Positions 39,683-49,588 of a DNA stretch of 64,000 nt are shown here, piece by piece. This stretch comes from Candidatus Versatilivorator sp. (lineage in GTDB: Bacteria; Acidobacteriota; Terriglobia; Versatilivoradales; Versatilivoraceae), in NCBI GenBank assembly GCA_965207735.1, contig OZ242296.1, positions 3,904,001 through 3,968,000 of the forward strand, given 5' to 3'. Each line of letters starts with the position of its first letter. Position 1 is the first letter of the stretch. The notes below the pieces were generated by a model, which saw only the letters and a list, made by a program, of their open reading frames with translations, made no database searches and had not been told where the DNA came from. The translations under genes and the position numbers were made by a program.

Positions 39683-40425
39683 TAAAGACAAACGAATTGA
39701 TAGCTCTTTGCACAGCTGCGCTTAAACCACGCCGGGAGATCTGGAATAAGTTCACAAGACATCTACAGCAACTACAAGAACAAGATGAAATCACTTCTGA
39801 CGAAGCCGTCGCTATCTTAGCCTCGAGTTACTTGAACAAGTATCTCTCCGATGCTGAAGACGAGGATGAAACAGACACAGGCTCGATCATTGAGATAATT
39901 GACCGGGTGAAAGGGAAATATCGGGCCGATGCTGAAGCCAGGATCCTTGAAGCGAAACGTCAAGCGCATGCAGAGGGCGAGAAATATCGCGCCGATGCGG
40001 AAACCAGAGTCCTTGAAGCGAAACGTCAAGCACATTCAGAAGGTGAGAAATCTCGTCAGCTTGAACTTCAGGTCCAAGGGTTCGTTGGCCGTATAGCGAC
40101 AATGGTTTCCCTGCTCACCATAAGTGTGGTAGGAGTTGCGATCCTAGTAGGTCTAGCCCTCTGCTTGCCGGGACTATTCGACCTATGGCCAGGTCCAAGT
40201 TGGACTGGATGGGTCATGATCGCCGTATTTGGGGTTTTTACGGCATTAAGTTTGTTTCGAGGAACCGCGTTGAAAAATGTATTCCTCAAACTCCAGTCAA
40301 CAATAGCTCAGAGGCTCGCAACGTACATTCACTTGCGGTAATCCTTGGGAAGACGGTTAACGCAAGGCGGCTAGCGTCTACGGGATGCGGAGAGGAATAT
40401 CGTTTTCCGGCGGTCCCCGGTGTCG

Positions 40426-41765
40426 CTAATGGTCCATACAACACGCCTCAACTAAGTTCCCCCGCACTTTGCCGTCTTTGATAAGGCTCGCTTCCAACTG
40501 GTCGCAGATCGCCATTAGCTCATCCAGTTTGGCGATAATGCGGTGTTGCTCGGCGAGGGGTGGAAGAGGAAACACATAGGCTGCGAGGCCCTTGCCGGTG
40601 AAATGTTTGATACCGGTTCCGGTGAAATACTCGGCCAAACGTCCGTCATCGGCACTCGCCCGGAGCGCCCTCACAAAATAATCGCTAGCTACGAGGTTCA
40701 CAAAACGAACACGATGAATCGCTTTCTGAAAGTAGATATCGGTTTCGCGGGTGTCCCACACCGCCGCTCGACCAGGCTCGCCTCCCTCGCATATCAACAC
40801 ATCGCCGAATCGAAGCGCGAACTCTGGAAGCTCCGAATCTTCGAATCGCATCTCCAGCAGGTTGGATAGATCGAAGTCGAACCATCTCACGTTGATGTTG
40901 CGGAGATATTTGTGAGGCGTTCCTTTGTTTTTGGACTTGTCGAGCATCTTACCGAGGCGGGAGTCAGCTACCGCGCCCACCTTCACCCAAGTCCACGATT
41001 CGGGAAGCTCAAATGAGCCAGTGCGTAGAACAGGAATCTTTTTGCGCTTCAGCAATTGCGACGCCGGCTCATCGTTTGGGTCCTGCGGCACCAGTTTGCC
41101 GCGTACAGCCAAGTTAAGGATGGTCTGGCGCAGGGCCTTGATCTGGTCGGGACGGGTGGTGATCGGACCAAGGCTGTTGACGGCAAAGGTGACATCATGC
41201 CGGAATGTCGCCGGGTCGGGGTCAGGTGCGTTGAGGCGAGCGAGGCTTGCCGTCGCCAGCCGATCCCGCGTCGCCTCCCGGTCAGCCCGCGCTGCCTCCA
41301 GCCGGTCGCAGAGCGCCATCAGTTCTTCGACTTTGGCGACGATGCGGTGTTGTTCGGCAAGGGGTGGGAGCATCACCGGAATTTCTAGCGCTTTGGCTTG
41401 GTTAAGCTTTGACCTCGTTGCACCAACCACTCGCCCTGAGTAATCAAAGACATTCAAATAGTGGACCAAGTACGCGTTGGAAACGAGGACACCGCGAAAG
41501 ACATGGGCATGGTTATTCACCCAAGACGTGCCAGCGATCAGATAGGCTTTAGGCCGTAGGGAATCGAAAAAAGGTACGCCGTCTTCGCCGAGTAGTACAA
41601 GCTCCTCATCGAAAATGTATTCGTCGATCCAACCTTGCTGTTGTGTCGCACCAAAGTATGGAAACAGTTGTGAATGGGACTTCCCCGCAATCCTCCGTTT
41701 GCGCTCAGTTCCGTTTACGGGCTTTCGCATGTAGTCCAAACACACAGCAACCAGTCCGAGTCTAG
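40426..41765 (-). pseudogene. hsdS: Type I RM specificity subunit, C-terminal fragment
   Basis: Two PPLAEQHRI repeats, LAVRGKLVPQDPNDEPAS; joins in frame to 45921-46191. Confidence 0.9.
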
Positions 41766-43345
41766 GAGTCTGCGCCGCAGGACGATTTCGGAAAGTTCAA
41801 GAGCGAGAGGCTACTGCGCAAGGCCGGTTCCAAGGAGTGCTTGGGAGCCACTTGGGCGTTGATAGAGTCTCAAGCGTCCTGTGGGCTCCCACAATGGGCG
41901 GTTGAGGACCTCCGTGGCCCTGGGTATTGGGTGGAAATCCCTTGCTTCAGGCCGCCATCAACGCACTCATCCTCTTGATGTTGAGGGCCAGACACACCAA
42001 GTCCCACTCCCCCTGCACTGATTGCAAGCCCCGCAGACTGAACCGTCGGAATCCCAGCCCCTCCTTGATCCACCCATGAGGGGCTTCGGCAATCCACTTC
42101 CTCCGCCGATACTCCACCTGACCGGCTAGGCTGGCCAGCTTCTTCCTCATACGACTCTTGGCCGGATGCTTCCTGGGATCGATCTCTACCGCCCGCTTCC
42201 CCTCGCGCCCCAGCGCAACATAACCGTCCACTCCTCTCTCTTCCAGGGCCTGCAAGTCCTCCTCATTGCAGTAGCCCGCATCCGCCAGCACCTGTTTCGG
42301 TATCTCCTGGAAGCTCTCCTCCACCTCCTCCAGCAACTCCATCATCTGCCCCTGATCGCTCGCCTGCGCCGTTACCTCGGTGGCCACAATGATCTGGTGC
42401 TCTCCGTCCACCGCCACCTGCGCGTTGTAGCATTGCTGGAACCCCTCGGTGGAAGTCTTCATGATCCGGCTTTCCGGATCGGTGAAATTACTCTGCGCCT
42501 TCTCCTCCGGTTCTCCGTAGGCCCGCTTGTAGGGCCGTCGTGCTTTCGGGTTGCGGTCCTGTCCCGGTTTGCGCCCCCGCTCCTCATCGGCCTCCCGCTG
42601 GGCCGCCTCCAGCCGCTGCTTGGCCGCCTCGATCGCCGCCAGCCGGTCCTCCCGCCGCCGCAACTCCTCGGGCAACTCATCCCCACGCCGGTCTTCCCCG
42701 TACCGCTCATCTTCCTCCCGGTCCTCCCGCCGCGCCTTCTTCAACAACTCATGGATCTCTGCCTTCAGTTGCCGCTCCCGCTCCTTCATCCGACCATAGC
42801 TCATCGCCTTGCGCCGGCTCGCGTTCGCCCGCACCTTCGTCCCGTCGATCCCCAATCGCCCCAACCCCACCATCCCCATCTCCCGCGCCAAGCTCACCAC
42901 CTGTACGAACAGCTGCTTGAAGTCCTTCAAATGCCGGCGGCGAAACTCGCACAACGTCCGATGCTGCGGAAAGTTCCCCGCCGCCAGCATCCGAAACGCC
43001 ACGTCTTCCTCCAGCTTCCTCGCGATCTTGCGCGACGAGAACACCCCTGTCGCATAGGCGTAAATCAACACCTTCACCATCATCCGCGGCTCGTAGGGCG
43101 AGTTGCGCCTCCCGTCCTCTTCATAGGGCCGGTAAAACGCTCTCAACTCCAGCCCATCCACCAACTCACTCACCTGATGGGCCAAGTGCCCTTCCGGTAC
43201 CCACTCCCCCAGGTCCGGCGGCAACATCAACAGTTGCTTCGGCTGATACGGGCGAAACCTTGTCCCCATCCACCACCTCCTATGATGTCTCTAAGCCCGT
43301 TATTGTATCATTCAGCCCTGCCCGGGTTTTCTGCGGCGCAGACTC
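41766..43345 (-). mobile_element. IS1182 family element
   Basis: IR GAGTCTGCGCCGCAG; CTAG on both sides. Confidence 0.88.
41947..43269 (-). CDS. IS1182 family transposase
   Basis: YEPRMMVKVLIYAY, IDGTKVRANAS, TDPESRIM, LADAGY. Confidence 0.92.
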   Translation of the reverse strand: MGTRFRPYQPKQLLMLPPDLGEWVPEGHLAHQVSELVDGLELRAFYRPYEEDGRRNSPYEPRMMVKVLIYAYATGVFSSRKIARKLEEDVAFRMLAAGNFPQHRTLCEFRRRHLKDFKQLFVQVVSLAREMGMVGLGRLGIDGTKVRANASRRKAMSYGRMKERERQLKAEIHELLKKARREDREEDERYGEDRRGDELPEELRRREDRLAAIEAAKQRLEAAQREADEERGRKPGQDRNPKARRPYKRAYGEPEEKAQSNFTDPESRIMKTSTEGFQQCYNAQVAVDGEHQIIVATEVTAQASDQGQMMELLEEVEESFQEIPKQVLADAGYCNEEDLQALEERGVDGYVALGREGKRAVEIDPRKHPAKSRMRKKLASLAGQVEYRRRKWIAEAPHGWIKEGLGFRRFSLRGLQSVQGEWDLVCLALNIKRMSALMAA

Positions 43346-43362
43346 CTAGCCCGCATTTCTCA

Positions 43363-44231
43363 GTGCGCCATGGAAAGGCGCCTTCTTCCAACGGGTGCGA
43401 AACCCGTCCAACAACTGTCGCTCCGGTTGGTAGCAGCCAGGGCGGATCATGGAGGTAACGATATGGTCTGAAGCCCTCTGGTGTCAAAGGGCCGCTTAAG
43501 GCGGTTCAGCGAGCATGCGGGCCGGAACGCGAGTGAACGTCGAGCAGGCCTCGAAACGGGCAATGCGGGGGCCGACCCACCTGAGAAATGGGGAAGGCCG
43601 AAGACGGAGGGGGAAGCGAGCGACGCGGGCACCCCTTTGGACCCGCCGGGGTAGTGGCGCTGGCACGCATGGAAGGGGAAGAAGGCAGCAACATGGGAAG
43701 CCCTGTGGGTGGTGAGGCACGCACCGAACCGGAAGCTCGCGAGAGTCAGTCTAGGCCGACAGGGTGGCGGAGAGGCCTGTAGTACCGGAGAAGCCGGGTA
43801 ATACCGGTGGAGGGAAGGGGCCTCAGGTGAGGAGCGGTGACCGAAGGGGGAAGGGTCCCGGGAGTGGCGAAAGCCTGAAACCCCGACCAAAAAAGGGCCG
43901 GAGACTCCGGAAGCATCACATGCAAAAGTGAAAGGGTCGTCGGAGGAGGACGGCGTCGTCAGGGCATCAACAGGCCTGGCGGCAACCCGGGAGCGGAAGT
44001 GGATGGAGTGGGGGACGGGTGCCAATCCCATAGGAGTCGTCCACGGATGCGAGCGGGGACCTGTGTGCGAGACGCATGATCCCACTGGAGAGCCGAGATG
44101 CGGGAAAACCGCACGTCCGGTTCGGAGAGCGGGGACTGGAAACGTGATAAGGGAGCCGGACTGAGGCCCGAAGCGAAAGCGACGGAATAGCCACCGGACC
44201 CTATAGTCAACGCGCCAGTCCTCGACTCTAC
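43363..44231 (+). ncRNA. ORF-less group II intron (869 nt)
   Basis: 5' GTGCG; domain V GAGCCGAGATGCGGGAAAACCGCACGTCCGGTTC near 44090; long domain VI ending CTCGACTCTAC; no RT ORF. Confidence 0.9.
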
Positions 44232-44453
44232 CCAGAGTTCGCACAGGAGCGGTAAAAGGGGCCATGGAGGCATTTGAGGCCGAGTTTAACAACGTTGGTG
44301 GCTGGATCGGTAGGCAAAGGCCAACAGCGGAGGCTTCTGAGGCTCTCCGAGGAACCTCAGGCGGCATTTTCCCTCGAAAACAGCGACACCTCTGCCATCG
44401 GGCCTGGTGGCCGCGTCTTCAAGGGCCAGGAGTGACGGTCGGGTCAGGGCACC

Positions 44454-45821
44454 TCAGGGCGGCAGGTGAGCCCAAGCGATGCGGAACTCCCTCTGGTAAG
44501 GACATCCGGAAGCCATGGCGACCTTGATGCGACGGACCGAGATGGTGACCTGAGCGCCGATCTTGAGCAGTTTGAGTCTGATGGAACCGACGGTGGCCCG
44601 GGCCAGGCAGGTGGATTGCAGCGCCCGCCGGCGCAAGCCCTCCACCAGCACATAGGCGAAAGAGGTCATCAGGAGCCGGAGCTGATTCGCCCGGAAGGAG
44701 TGGGTGGAGGTGCGATCGGCAAACAGGTCGAGTTGCTGCTCCTTGATGCGGTTTTCCATCTCACCGCGGGCACAGTAGATCTTCTCATAGAGGAACTGGG
44801 CGGGGTAGTCCTGGACCGACAGAGAGGTGACGACGAAGCGGGGGTTGGGGCCGCGGGGCAGGACCTCGGCTTTGGCGACCAGGCGGCGCTCGTGGGACCA
44901 GCTCTTGTGAGTGCGGTAGGAGAGGTCGGTGAAGATCCGGGCGGGCTGCTGTTGCTGGTCTGAGAGGGCCTGGGCCTGAGCCAACTCGGGGGCGATGGCG
45001 TCTTGGAGGCGGGAGTTGCGGGCCAGGCCGAAGAGATAGTCGACCTGATGCTGCTCACACCACCCCATCAGCTCCTCACGGGCAAAGCCGGAGTCGGCCC
45101 GCAGCAGGATCTTGACCTGAGGCCAGACACGCCGTAGGCGGGAGACGATGCGCTGGACCTGCTCCAGAGCGCCGGCGGAGGCATCGATGTTGGCGGGTCT
45201 GAGCAGGGCCGAGAGCAGATGGCGGCCCGAGAAGATGTAGAGGGGCAGGTAGCAGTAGCCTCGGTAGTAGCCGTGGAAGAAGCGGTCCTCTTGTTCCCCG
45301 TGGAGGGGATCGTCAGTGGCGTCGAGGTCGAGGATGATCTCATCGGGGGGTTGGGGATGGGCTTGCAGAAACAGTTTCACCAGGAGGGCTTGCAAGGCCT
45401 CGGGGTCGTGGTCAATCTTGTGGTAGCGGGTGGGGCCTTGGGTGGGGGCGTGTTCGAGTCGGTTGAGGGTGCTCTTGCCTGCCAGGGGAGGCGAGTCGCC
45501 ACGACGGCCTTTCTCTGAAAACAAGGCCATGAGGGGATCGTGACGGAGTTGGTCGTGGTCGATGAGATCCTCGTAGCCGAGGGCGATGCCACGGATGCGC
45601 TGAGCGATGAGGGTGCGCAGGCTGTATTGGGTCCGCTTGGGGTCGCGGTGATCGGTGAAACAGTCGGCCACCTGGTCGGAGAGAGATAAGCCCCGATCCA
45701 CCCGGCGCAACAGCAGGGAGCCGGCATCGGAAGTGATGGGACCGCCGTCGAAATCAGCCACCACGCGGCGGCGGCCGTGGGGTTCAAACTCCAGGGGTTT
45801 GGTGTTACACTGTGTCGGCAT
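44454..45821 (-). CDS. IS1380 family transposase
   Basis: FDGGPITSDAG, LDLDATDD, RADSGF, RGEMENRIKE. Confidence 0.93.
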   Translation of the reverse strand: MPTQCNTKPLEFEPHGRRRVVADFDGGPITSDAGSLLLRRVDRGLSLSDQVADCFTDHRDPKRTQYSLRTLIAQRIRGIALGYEDLIDHDQLRHDPLMALFSEKGRRGDSPPLAGKSTLNRLEHAPTQGPTRYHKIDHDPEALQALLVKLFLQAHPQPPDEIILDLDATDDPLHGEQEDRFFHGYYRGYCYLPLYIFSGRHLLSALLRPANIDASAGALEQVQRIVSRLRRVWPQVKILLRADSGFAREELMGWCEQHQVDYLFGLARNSRLQDAIAPELAQAQALSDQQQQPARIFTDLSYRTHKSWSHERRLVAKAEVLPRGPNPRFVVTSLSVQDYPAQFLYEKIYCARGEMENRIKEQQLDLFADRTSTHSFRANQLRLLMTSFAYVLVEGLRRRALQSTCLARATVGSIRLKLLKIGAQVTISVRRIKVAMASGCPYQREFRIAWAHLPP

Positions 45822-45920
45822 CGGTTCTCCTTTAAGAATCTGGTTAACTCCTTAGACAAGAGTATTTTACCAGATTCCGAGAACCGATGCTTCCTACCTC
45901 TGGTGAGAAATGCGGGCTAG

Positions 45921-46191
45921 TTGGGAACCAGCCACTTGGCAGGTCAACCGCTTGCTGTGTTTCCTTAAGCCGGGCCACGGGCTTTTGCTTCCCAATCTCC
46001 CCCGCCTTCACCAACCGCGCTTTCTCTGCCGTGATTCGCTTCAGCAGTTCCGAGGCCGGTTCATCGTTCGGGTCCTGTGGCAGCAGTTTGCCGCGTACCG
46101 CCAGGTCGAGAATGAAGCGGCGCAGGCGATGAACGGATTCGGGAGACTGAATCAGTCGATCGAAATCATCGAAAAGAAAGTCGATACTCAT
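45921..46191 (-). pseudogene. hsdS: Type I RM specificity subunit, N-terminal fragment
   Basis: LRRFILDLAVRGKLLPQDPNDEPAS..LPSGW, cut at CTAG. Confidence 0.88.
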
Positions 46192-46238
46192 CGCTCGGCT
46201 CTGACGAACAGCACGCATCTCGTCAGCAGTCACCTTGT

Positions 46239-46595
46239 TTATTCTTCGGGCGGACCCAGTTCGGCAAGCAGGGTTTGCGCGATTTGGCGCAGTTGCGGCA
46301 GGTGGTTTTTGGCGTCGTCCCATACAGGTTCGGGGTTAACGCTGGAATAGCCGTGGATCAGCAGGTTGCGGAAGTCGATTACCTTGCGTTTCCGAGGCAC
46401 CCGTTCGGCAAGTTCGGGGTTGGATGGGCTCAGAATGTTCAGTGCTTCGCCAATGATTTCGAACTTCCGTTCGACGGCCGCTTGGGTACGGGAATCACTC
46501 GCGTAGGCCGCTTGATCCATACCCTCTGTGAAGCGCTTAATGGCCTCGCCCGCTTGTTCGACGTCCGCCAGCAAGACGCGAGGATCAGGATGCAT
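46239..46595 (-). CDS. HEPN/DUF86 RNase toxin (HepT-like)
   Basis: AVERKFEIIGEA, RNLLIHGY (RxxxxH). Confidence 0.9.
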   Translation of the reverse strand: MHPDPRVLLADVEQAGEAIKRFTEGMDQAAYASDSRTQAAVERKFEIIGEALNILSPSNPELAERVPRKRKVIDFRNLLIHGYSSVNPEPVWDDAKNHLPQLRQIAQTLLAELGPPEE

Positions 46596-46896
46596 AGACA
46601 AGTTCGCGGGATTTGTTGATGGCGGTGCGGAGGTAAAGGCTGTTGATGGCAGCGGTTTCGACGAGGTCGACGCGACGGCCCAGGGCCGTTTTCAAGGCTT
46701 CGGCGAAGTCGAAGAATTGATCGAAGGGCGACAGGTCGCTTTCGGGTTCGAATTCGACCAGGAAATCTGCGTCACTTGTTTGTGGATCGAAGTCCGTGCC
46801 GCGCGCGGCTGAGCCGAAGACTTCGAGGCGCGCCACGTGGTATTGGCGGCAGAGTTCAATCAGCCTGGCCTTTTTGTCGGCGATGGCGGTGTGCAT
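46585..46896 (-). CDS. Minimal nucleotidyltransferase antitoxin (MntA-like)
   Basis: VFGSAARG, SDADFLV, VDLV. Confidence 0.9.
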   Translation of the reverse strand: MHTAIADKKARLIELCRQYHVARLEVFGSAARGTDFDPQTSDADFLVEFEPESDLSPFDQFFDFAEALKTALGRRVDLVETAAINSLYLRTAINKSRELVYAS

Positions 46897-46996
46897 GGCA
46901 AATTCTCAGCGATTGTTCCGGTTGGCGGATAATGGCGGATAACGGTTTGTTTGGCAAGAGCTTCCACCACCCCAGCGGGGCCTCCGACAATGCCGT

Positions 46997-47164
46997 CTAC
47001 AACGGGTCGCGCAGCCTGGCGGCTTCGACCTCGGCGGCAAACGGTCTGGCCAGCAGTTCTTCGTTAGCCGAAAGTCCCCTCGCCGCTTCTTTCAATTCAT
47101 TGAAACGGCGGCGTTCCGGTTCATTATTCATGATGGCGATGAGTGCCGATGTGTCGATCACCAT
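46997..47164 (-). pseudogene. Truncated vapC fused to an hsdM-like C-terminal remnant
   Basis: MVIDTSALIAIMNNEPE then EELLARPFAAEVEAARLRDPL stop; 55 aa. Confidence 0.75.
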
Positions 47165-47418
47165 CAGACCGGAAGACCGCGTTCGTCATAACCGATGATC
47201 TGTTCGGTGCTCCGTCTGTCGCGGCGGGGCAAAGCGGCGCAATGCAGGGCAATGTGGTCCAGCTCATCGGCGAGCCGGATGCCATGCTGGCTCTTTTCCA
47301 CCCTTGCAAGTCTTTCCTGGACGGCCTGCTTGACGGCTTGGGTCAGCGATTCTGCGGTCAGGCTTGCCAGCCGCTTCGCCAAGGCGTGCGTTTCGGAGTC
47401 TTTGGTGATTAACGGCAT
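47164..47418 (-). CDS. VapB-like antitoxin
   Basis: LITKDSETHALAKRLA..SLTQAV..IIGYDERGLP. Confidence 0.85.
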   Translation of the reverse strand: MPLITKDSETHALAKRLASLTAESLTQAVKQAVQERLARVEKSQHGIRLADELDHIALHCAALPRRDRRSTEQIIGYDERGLPV

Positions 47419-47518
47419 CGAAAAATCCTCCATAGCTCGATTTGTGGAGGAGTGAAGGAATAATCAACCAGAGCCCGCAGCAGCGCAAGCCCCGGACGGC
47501 TCAAGGTCAACATCATCC

Positions 47519-47689
47519 CTATTGCAGCGACGCGCTCGCCAGAATCGCTTTCAGTTGCTTGTGTAGACTTGGGCTATAGGTTGTTCGGTATTGGGAGCAA
47601 CGCCACGCGGTCGCCGCGGTCGTCTTCGGATGTGTATGGGATTGATGTCGAGGTTGTAGCTGCGCGGCTTCACCGTCTCAGCAGTCACC
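47519..47689 (-). pseudogene. Decayed duplicate of the hsdM 3' end
   Basis: VKPRSYNLDI / TSEDDRGD / QLKAILA versus HsdM VKARGYNLDI, TSEDDHGD, QLKAILA. Confidence 0.8.
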
Positions 47690-48110
47690 ATACGGCGGCG
47701 TTCGGACGATCTTTCCAGCGCGATGCATCTGCCAGCTCTTGCGCGTGCCGTTGCTGTTCCTCGCGGTCATCGGCTGCGGTTTCGGGCAGGAGGATATCGG
47801 CATGATACGGGTTATCGGGTAACGGGGTAGCAACCACTTCTCGCCTATTCTCCCGGATGCGTTTAGCAATGACGATTGCCCACCCGTAGAAGCTAGCGCC
47901 GCGCCCAACGGCCACGCGCTCTGCGACTTTAACGACCGCGTCCAGCGGCGCAACACTCAGCCTGTCAACGGAAATTTTGGGTTCGCCTAGTTTTTCCAAA
48001 AACACATGTGCCGGGACCCGTGAACGTTTGGCGCGTTTTGCATTCTTGCTTGAAAATACACCGCGTCCGAGTTCCTCTTGGAGGCCAACTTGCTCAAATA
48101 TTTCCGCCAA
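47685..48110 (-). CDS. Hypothetical protein, possible ADP-ribosyltransferase-like toxin
   Basis: LGR..F..ISVDR..NPYHADI pattern; fold inferred. Confidence 0.55.
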   Translation of the reverse strand: MAEIFEQVGLQEELGRGVFSSKNAKRAKRSRVPAHVFLEKLGEPKISVDRLSVAPLDAVVKVAERVAVGRGASFYGWAIVIAKRIRENRREVVATPLPDNPYHADILLPETAADDREEQQRHAQELADASRWKDRPNAAVW

Positions 48111-48112
48111 GT

Positions 48113-48799
48113 TCAGTCGCCCTTTAGTTCAAGTTCCACCAGAGCTTCACGCACAAAACCGTCGGGCAGGGCATCGCCAGAGGAGTACTTGGCCCGGCGA
48201 TGGTTGCCTCTCATATTGACCAGGCAGAGCGCACCACCGTCCGAATCACATAACAACAGCACCGAACTCCCTTGACCATCGGACGCGTCAATGGCGATCT
48301 CACCATCGGGCATGGGATAGACCTCAAAGCGACGTCGCGACAGCCGGTACATTTCCTTCAATAACCGGCTTGCGTTCTTGCAAGCCACATCCGTCGGCGT
48401 TCGAAAGCCTTCTGTACGGGCTTCGTCGGTGACCTCTTCCAAATCACGCAGGGCGTCGGCGAGCCTGACTGGGAAGTCCTCCAAGCCATGGGCGACCAAT
48501 TCGCCTAGGACGTCCCATTCTAATGCGCCAAGCTTCGACCTTCCCTCAAGACTTATCCAGCCAGACAACCCCACCAAAGCTGTTTTACGCTGTGCTTCGG
48601 ATTGTCGAGTGCCGGAGAAGGATGCGCCGATTTCCGTAGAACGCCAACCTGATGAGCCAAGCGGGTCGATTGAGGAGGGCGCCCAAAATAGAGCCTGACG
48701 TTTCGCAATCTCATCGACCCCGACATCCGTCGGAGACGAAATGAACTCAACAAAATCGAACGAATGCGCAGTGTGAGCCAAACCGCCATCGGTAGGCAT
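48113..48799 (-). CDS. Hypothetical protein, possible antitoxin
   Basis: Likely disordered N-half, compact C-domain VYPMPDGEIAID; abuts both neighbours. Confidence 0.6.
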   Translation of the reverse strand: MPTDGGLAHTAHSFDFVEFISSPTDVGVDEIAKRQALFWAPSSIDPLGSSGWRSTEIGASFSGTRQSEAQRKTALVGLSGWISLEGRSKLGALEWDVLGELVAHGLEDFPVRLADALRDLEEVTDEARTEGFRTPTDVACKNASRLLKEMYRLSRRRFEVYPMPDGEIAIDASDGQGSSVLLLCDSDGGALCLVNMRGNHRRAKYSSGDALPDGFVREALVELELKGD

Positions 48800-49492
48800 T
48801 CATTTCTCCTCGTAGAATCTGCCTGTCAACTTCTGAAAATCTTCTAGATCGCTTTTCCATGAATTCAGAACGGATTGTAGGAATTGGATACGTGACGCCG
48901 CATTCGTTTCGGTCAAGTCGCGGTGGACATTGGCTTGAAACAAGATCCCGGCTATTTTTTGATTGTTTTCCGTTCTTTGTGTGCTCATGACATCCAGGGA
49001 AATGACTCTTCCGTGGTAGCGATATATGGCTTTGAGTCGAACATCCGGATTGACGTCCTGGAACGACATCCATGTTCCTCTATTACGCAGCATGTTTACA
49101 ATGACGTTGGGTTCCTGCACAAGCATGCGGCGGAATCCTTTTGGATTGATGCCGATGGCGCTGTAGGGAACGTGCGGGACACACTGAAGATAGCGTTTCG
49201 CAATTCCTGGGGACATCATATTAGCTTTAGTGAGTTCCTTGCTTTGCTGAATCAGCACACGAGCGGGGTCGGACGTCACCGTGATCCCGTTCTTGTAGGC
49301 CACCTGGGAAAAGGCTGGCGTGGAGATCGGAAAATCTTTAACCTCAAAACTAGGATCTACGATCCCGTTGTACTTCAGGAAGTCTGGATTGATGATGGAA
49401 GGGTTGTTGGAATCCGCTACCAAAACAACGGACAATTCAATCAACTCAAGATCGTTTTCCCCTCGCTGACCGGACGGTTGCGCCTGCTCCAT
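48800..49492 (-). CDS. Hypothetical protein, possibly TIGR04255-like
   Basis: SVVLVADSNNPSIINPDFL, AIGIN, FQANVH; RBS GGAGG. Confidence 0.65.
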   Translation of the reverse strand: MEQAQPSGQRGENDLELIELSVVLVADSNNPSIINPDFLKYNGIVDPSFEVKDFPISTPAFSQVAYKNGITVTSDPARVLIQQSKELTKANMMSPGIAKRYLQCVPHVPYSAIGINPKGFRRMLVQEPNVIVNMLRNRGTWMSFQDVNPDVRLKAIYRYHGRVISLDVMSTQRTENNQKIAGILFQANVHRDLTETNAASRIQFLQSVLNSWKSDLEDFQKLTGRFYEEK

Positions 49493-49588
49493 GCTGCGGG
49501 ACCCTCCTCCCTGCAGGACTGTTTTTTCAATCGGAGTATGTAGCCTTTATCCAGAAAACGCAACAACCCGGGTTCTCTCTCTCCACAC

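Larger units (their letters stand above)
36697..40341 (+). pseudogene. Interrupted gene for a ~650 aa PIN-like protein with C-terminal coiled coil and two TM helices
   Basis: 36697-37530 + 37732-38195 + 39687-40341 join in frame (1953 nt); VFLDSN, HDVDCI, VFLTTN; AT-richer than host genes. Confidence 0.75.
43350..45916 (-). mobile_element. IS1380 family element with a group II intron in one terminal IR
   Basis: 19 bp IR CCCGCATTTCTCACCAGAG, intact at 45898-45916 and split at 43362/44232; CTAG flanks. Confidence 0.88.

Noticed and set aside
43447-44367. 306 aa ORF as intron-encoded protein
   Set aside because: Antisense to the intron and lacks RT motifs such as YADD
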